NCBI GenBank assembly: GCA_002774355.1
Contig: PEYN01000191.1
Span: 1 to 63,912, forward strand
From: Fidelibacterota bacterium CG08_land_8_20_14_0_20_45_22
Lineage (GTDB): Bacteria > Fidelibacterota > UBA2242
Direction: 5' to 3'
DNA length: 63,912 nt
Below the pieces are notes generated by a model, which had not been told where the DNA came from, did no database searches, and was given only the letters and a program-made list of their open reading frames with translations. Shown here piece by piece: positions 61,031-63,912 of this stretch. Every line of letters starts with the position of its first letter. The stretch's first letter is position 1. The translations under genes and the position numbers were made by a program.

Positions 61031-62278
61031 ATGAAAAATATCATCCAAAATATTTCTGCTCTTCTCATAATGGCGGCGATTTTTATGAATTGCTCGGATG
61101 TCACTGCGCCAAATTCCGACGAAATTCCGCAATTGCCAAGACATCTCAGCAAGTCCGAACAGACATTGATCGAATCGAGCAACTCGTTTGGATTTGATCT
61201 TTTTAAAAAATTGTCGGACGATGTTAAAGACAGCAACCTGTTCATCTCGCCAGTTTCGGTTTCGATGGCACTGGGAATGACATCTAATGGCGCGGCAGGT
61301 TCTACGTTGGAGGCAATGCATTCAACGCTCGGTTTTGAAAATCTTACAGAAGATGAAATCAACAAATCTTATCAAAGTTTGATCAAATTGCTGAGAAACC
61401 TCGATCCGAAGGTCAAATTCCGGATCGCGAACTCCATCTGGTACCGAAACGGATTCGCCGTTTTGCCGGCGTTTATTGACGTTAACCAAACGTTTTTCGA
61501 TGCGGCGGTGCGAAGCCTTGACTTTAGTCAGGACGCCGCCGTCGATGCGATGAACGACTGGATCGAAGAACAGACCAATGGTCTCATCAAACAAATTCTC
61601 GATAAGCCGATCGATCCAAATACGGTTATGTTTCTGCTTAATGCTATTTATTTTAAGGGAACGTGGACATATCAATTCAATGAAGAACACACAGGCAATG
61701 CACCATTTTATCTGCATAGCGGCGAATCGACAACCTGTAAAATGATGTCGATCAGTGGCGATTTCGATTACACTGAGACTGACGAACTTCAGATAATCGA
61801 CCTGCCGTACAACGACGGATATTTTGCCATGACGGTACTCCTGCCGGAATCCAGTATCGATACCGACTCGTTGATAAGCATCCTGACCGATGAAAAATGG
61901 AACGACTGGATTTCTAATTATTCCAAAACGACCGTCGATCTTTATTTGCCGAAATTCAAACTCGAGTGGTTCCGGAAACTCAACGATTCATTGACAAGCC
62001 TCGGCATGGGAATCGCATTCAGCGATGAACAAGCGGATTTTACTCGCATAAATGCCGACGATGGTTTGTACATCAGCGAAGTCAGACATAAAACATTCGT
62101 TGAAGTCGATGAAGAAGGCACCGAAGCGGCGGCGGCAACTTCAGTCGAGATAACATTTGAAAGTATCAAAGAACAGAATATGCTTGTCAATCGTCCGTTC
62201 ATTTTTGCCATCCGCGAGCGCGCCTCTGGAACGATACTATTCATCGGAAAAATATATCAACCCGAATGGAGCGAATAG
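61031..62278 (+). CDS. serpin (inhibitory-type hinge), predicted lipoprotein: copy B
   Basis: 415 aa from MKNIIQNISALLIMAAIFMNC/SD, with a GAGGA Shine-Dalgarno site upstream. The track ORF start at 60881 is an extension into copy A. The hinge DEEGTEAAAATS and RCL occupy nt 62117-62191, followed by RPFIFAIRE. Confidence 0.9.
   Translation: MKNIIQNISALLIMAAIFMNCSDVTAPNSDEIPQLPRHLSKSEQTLIESSNSFGFDLFKKLSDDVKDSNLFISPVSVSMALGMTSNGAAGSTLEAMHSTLGFENLTEDEINKSYQSLIKLLRNLDPKVKFRIANSIWYRNGFAVLPAFIDVNQTFFDAAVRSLDFSQDAAVDAMNDWIEEQTNGLIKQILDKPIDPNTVMFLLNAIYFKGTWTYQFNEEHTGNAPFYLHSGESTTCKMMSISGDFDYTETDELQIIDLPYNDGYFAMTVLLPESSIDTDSLISILTDEKWNDWISNYSKTTVDLYLPKFKLEWFRKLNDSLTSLGMGIAFSDEQADFTRINADDGLYISEVRHKTFVEVDEEGTEAAAATSVEITFESIKEQNMLVNRPFIFAIRERASGTILFIGKIYQPEWSE
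62228..62253 (+). repeat. 26-nt stretch identical between the two serpin genes (copy B)
   Basis: Same string as at 60960-60985. Confidence 0.9.
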
Positions 62279-62333
62279 ATAAAACCGGATTTCAACCGAG
62301 AAAAATTGAAAATCACAACACATAAGAGGTAAA

Positions 62334-63912
62334 ATGAAAGACAAGCCAGTTCTAAGACACATTATATCCAACCTGCTTATTCTATCCGGAATCGTGACGG
62401 CGACAGTTCCCGATCCGGTCACCCGCCAGCCTTCGGTTCCCTATCTGCTGGAGCCGATTGGTTTCCGCACCATGCAGATGGCGATCTTTGCGACGGAAGT
62501 CAGCGGCATGGTTCCGGATAAGTTCAGTGACCTGAGATGGAATCCGGCTTATATCTTAAGGGAAAAGCAAAAGACTTTTTACATCGATTTCAATCTCGAA
62601 AGCACGGTGGAATCTTCTTTGAGCCCGTTGTCCTCTTCCCTGCTCACTGACAGCTATTATCTCGCACCGTCCTGGTACAGCCAGACCAGTGTTCAGAATA
62701 TGAATATCGCGCCGCTCTATAATCTGGCGCTGATCCTGCCACTGAATAAACGAATAATCCTGGGAATCGTCAACCGTTCGGTTTTCGACTATGGACCTTA
62801 CCGTAACTCGACCTGGTGGTCGAGCGGCGGCTGGTTCGATGAAGCGGTCAGGTCTAATGCCTACGCCGCTCTCGAACCGCAACGCCTGGAAACCGATGAA
62901 AATCAGCAGATCGTCCTGGCCAATCAGGCAGAGATTACATTGGGCTACCGGTTGTCGACCAAAACCGATCTCGGTTTTCACCTCGGACATTACATTTTTC
63001 ACCGGGACGGTAATCTGTATGATTCTCAATGGGCAACCTATCCGCATTCTTCGTACGGAATTCTCAACGATGAAGACATGCGGATCAACGGTCAGCACAT
63101 CGACCTGGGCACCGGAATTCTCCATCATTTGAACGATAAGACTACTTTCGGAATTTCCGCGGGTGTGTTTCTTGGTTCCGGCAAAGAGGAGGAGGTCTCG
63201 CAGGACACCTCGGATTCGTTTTCTGAAACAGCTACTAACACTGCCTATTACAATATATCCAAATACAAAATGGACAGCGATTATTCCTATAAAACTTCCG
63301 GTGTGAAACCTTACCTGACTTTAACTTTCGAGAAAAACCTTAATAAAAACCTTGTCCTGCGGTCGTTTTTTTCTTATTCCCCAAAAAGTCAGGATGTTAC
63401 CACAAATTATGCGTCCGACGATACCAGTTTTAGCGACCGGACTTATGATCACTGGATTGCGACCAACACTTATGCCTTTCGGCGTTGCACAGATCACAGC
63501 GCCGCCGAATTCAACCTGAACGGTTCCGGAGAAAAAACGATTAATCAGTGGAAATTCCTGACCTCCCTGATTTATAAAATGGAAAACGATTGGGCGCTAT
63601 TTGGCGGAATGCAAATTAGCCGGCAATGGTCTCAGGTCGATTTTGACGAGAGTTCTGACTACTATTCCAATTCCCTTACCGAATACACGCTTTACAATGC
63701 CAGCACGTATCGCAATCTCGACACTTATACAAAAAACTATTCATATTCAGCCGAATCTGATGTTTGGAGTCTCATCGTACCAATCGGCGTAAAAGCTCAT
63801 ATTGCTAAAGGTTTCTTTGCCTTACTCGGCACCGAAATCAGCCTCAGCCTGTTAGAGGAAAATAGTCACGGCGACTTGCTCTATCCGGACATAGTATCGC
63901 AATACTGGGTAA
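62334..63912 (+). CDS. large secreted, probably outer-membrane beta-barrel protein, N-terminal 526 codons (runs off the right edge)
   Basis: Absent from the ORF track because no stop lies in the window. The ATG at 62334 is preceded by an AGAGGT Shine-Dalgarno site. I translated every codon to 63911 and found no stop: MKDKPVLRHIISNLLILSGIVTATVP...GFRTMQMAIFATEVSGMVPDKFSDLRWNPAYI... This is a FadL/PorV-like plug motif similar to the one in the gene at 432-1640. Tyr/Ser/Asn-rich strand-like segments follow. Confidence 0.7.
   Translation, partial: MKDKPVLRHIISNLLILSGIVTATVPDPVTRQPSVPYLLEPIGFRTMQMAIFATEVSGMVPDKFSDLRWNPAYILREKQKTFYIDFNLESTVESSLSPLSSSLLTDSYYLAPSWYSQTSVQNMNIAPLYNLALILPLNKRIILGIVNRSVFDYGPYRNSTWWSSGGWFDEAVRSNAYAALEPQRLETDENQQIVLANQAEITLGYRLSTKTDLGFHLGHYIFHRDGNLYDSQWATYPHSSYGILNDEDMRINGQHIDLGTGILHHLNDKTTFGISAGVFLGSGKEEEVSQDTSDSFSETATNTAYYNISKYKMDSDYSYKTSGVKPYLTLTFEKNLNKNLVLRSFFSYSPKSQDVTTNYASDDTSFSDRTYDHWIATNTYAFRRCTDHSAAEFNLNGSGEKTINQWKFLTSLIYKMENDWALFGGMQISRQWSQVDFDESSDYYSNSLTEYTLYNASTYRNLDTYTKNYSYSAESDVWSLIVPIGVKAHIAKGFFALLGTEISLSLLEENSHGDLLYPDIVSQYWV

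Noticed and set aside
62556-63132. Track ORFs 62556-63128 (minus strand, 190 aa) and 62791-63132 (plus strand, 113 aa)
   Set aside because: Both lie inside the long stop-free plus-strand frame starting at 62334, which has a Shine-Dalgarno site, a signal-like N-terminus and barrel-like composition. The listed ORFs have Arg/Pro-rich, low-complexity translations typical of off-frame shadows.

Overview
The window is 63.9 kb of a diderm bacterial chromosome, with GC in the mid-40s % by eye.

Likely lineage: probably the Fibrobacteres-Chlorobi-Bacteroidetes (FCB) superphylum, but not classical Bacteroidia.
- An M1 aminopeptidase carries a Por/T9SS C-terminal sorting domain.
- The purH-mreBCD-mrdA-rodA and ftsY-rimO syntenies are present.
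- LPS core genes waaA and a GT9 glycosyltransferase are present.
- Several lipoproteins have acidic residues right after the lipid-modified Cys.
- Against classical Bacteroidia: clear GGAG-type Shine-Dalgarno sites are used.

Positions 1-51 kb are an almost unbroken run of tightly packed minus-strand housekeeping genes, many with 1-4 nt overlaps:
- cell shape: mreBCD, mrdA, rodA
- purine synthesis: purH, purN, guaB
- translation: rimO, ftsY, rpsT, def, fmt, rsmB, hflX, tgt
- envelope and LPS: waaA, GT9, a polyprenyl synthase, tatC, yajC
- NAD: nadA, nadB
- others: radA, rpe, hutH

I found no rRNA, tRNA, CRISPR array, IS element or prophage gene.

The accessory part is 51-64 kb:
- thyX
- a tiny Tat-signal His/Pro-rich peptide gene with its own strong promoter
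- an AAC(3)-family acetyltransferase gene interrupted only by two in-frame TAG codons
- the most interesting block: a plus-strand histidine kinase plus sigma-54 (NtrC-type) response regulator, followed by a secreted coiled-coil protein and an outer-membrane (OM) beta-barrel. After these come a hairpin or twin palindrome and a -24/-12-like promoter. That promoter precedes three lipoproteins (a small Cys-motif protein and two tandem inhibitory-type serpins) and a further large barrel-like ORF that runs off the window.

I read that block as a candidate sigma-54-inducible, surface-displayed protease-inhibitor system. No such system has been described, as far as I know.

Two real genes touch the window edges and are missing from the ORF track: 1-416 on the minus strand and 62334-63912 on the plus strand. 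Several track ORFs have spurious N-terminal extensions, which I corrected.

All functional calls rest on motif recognition by eye. No database search was run.
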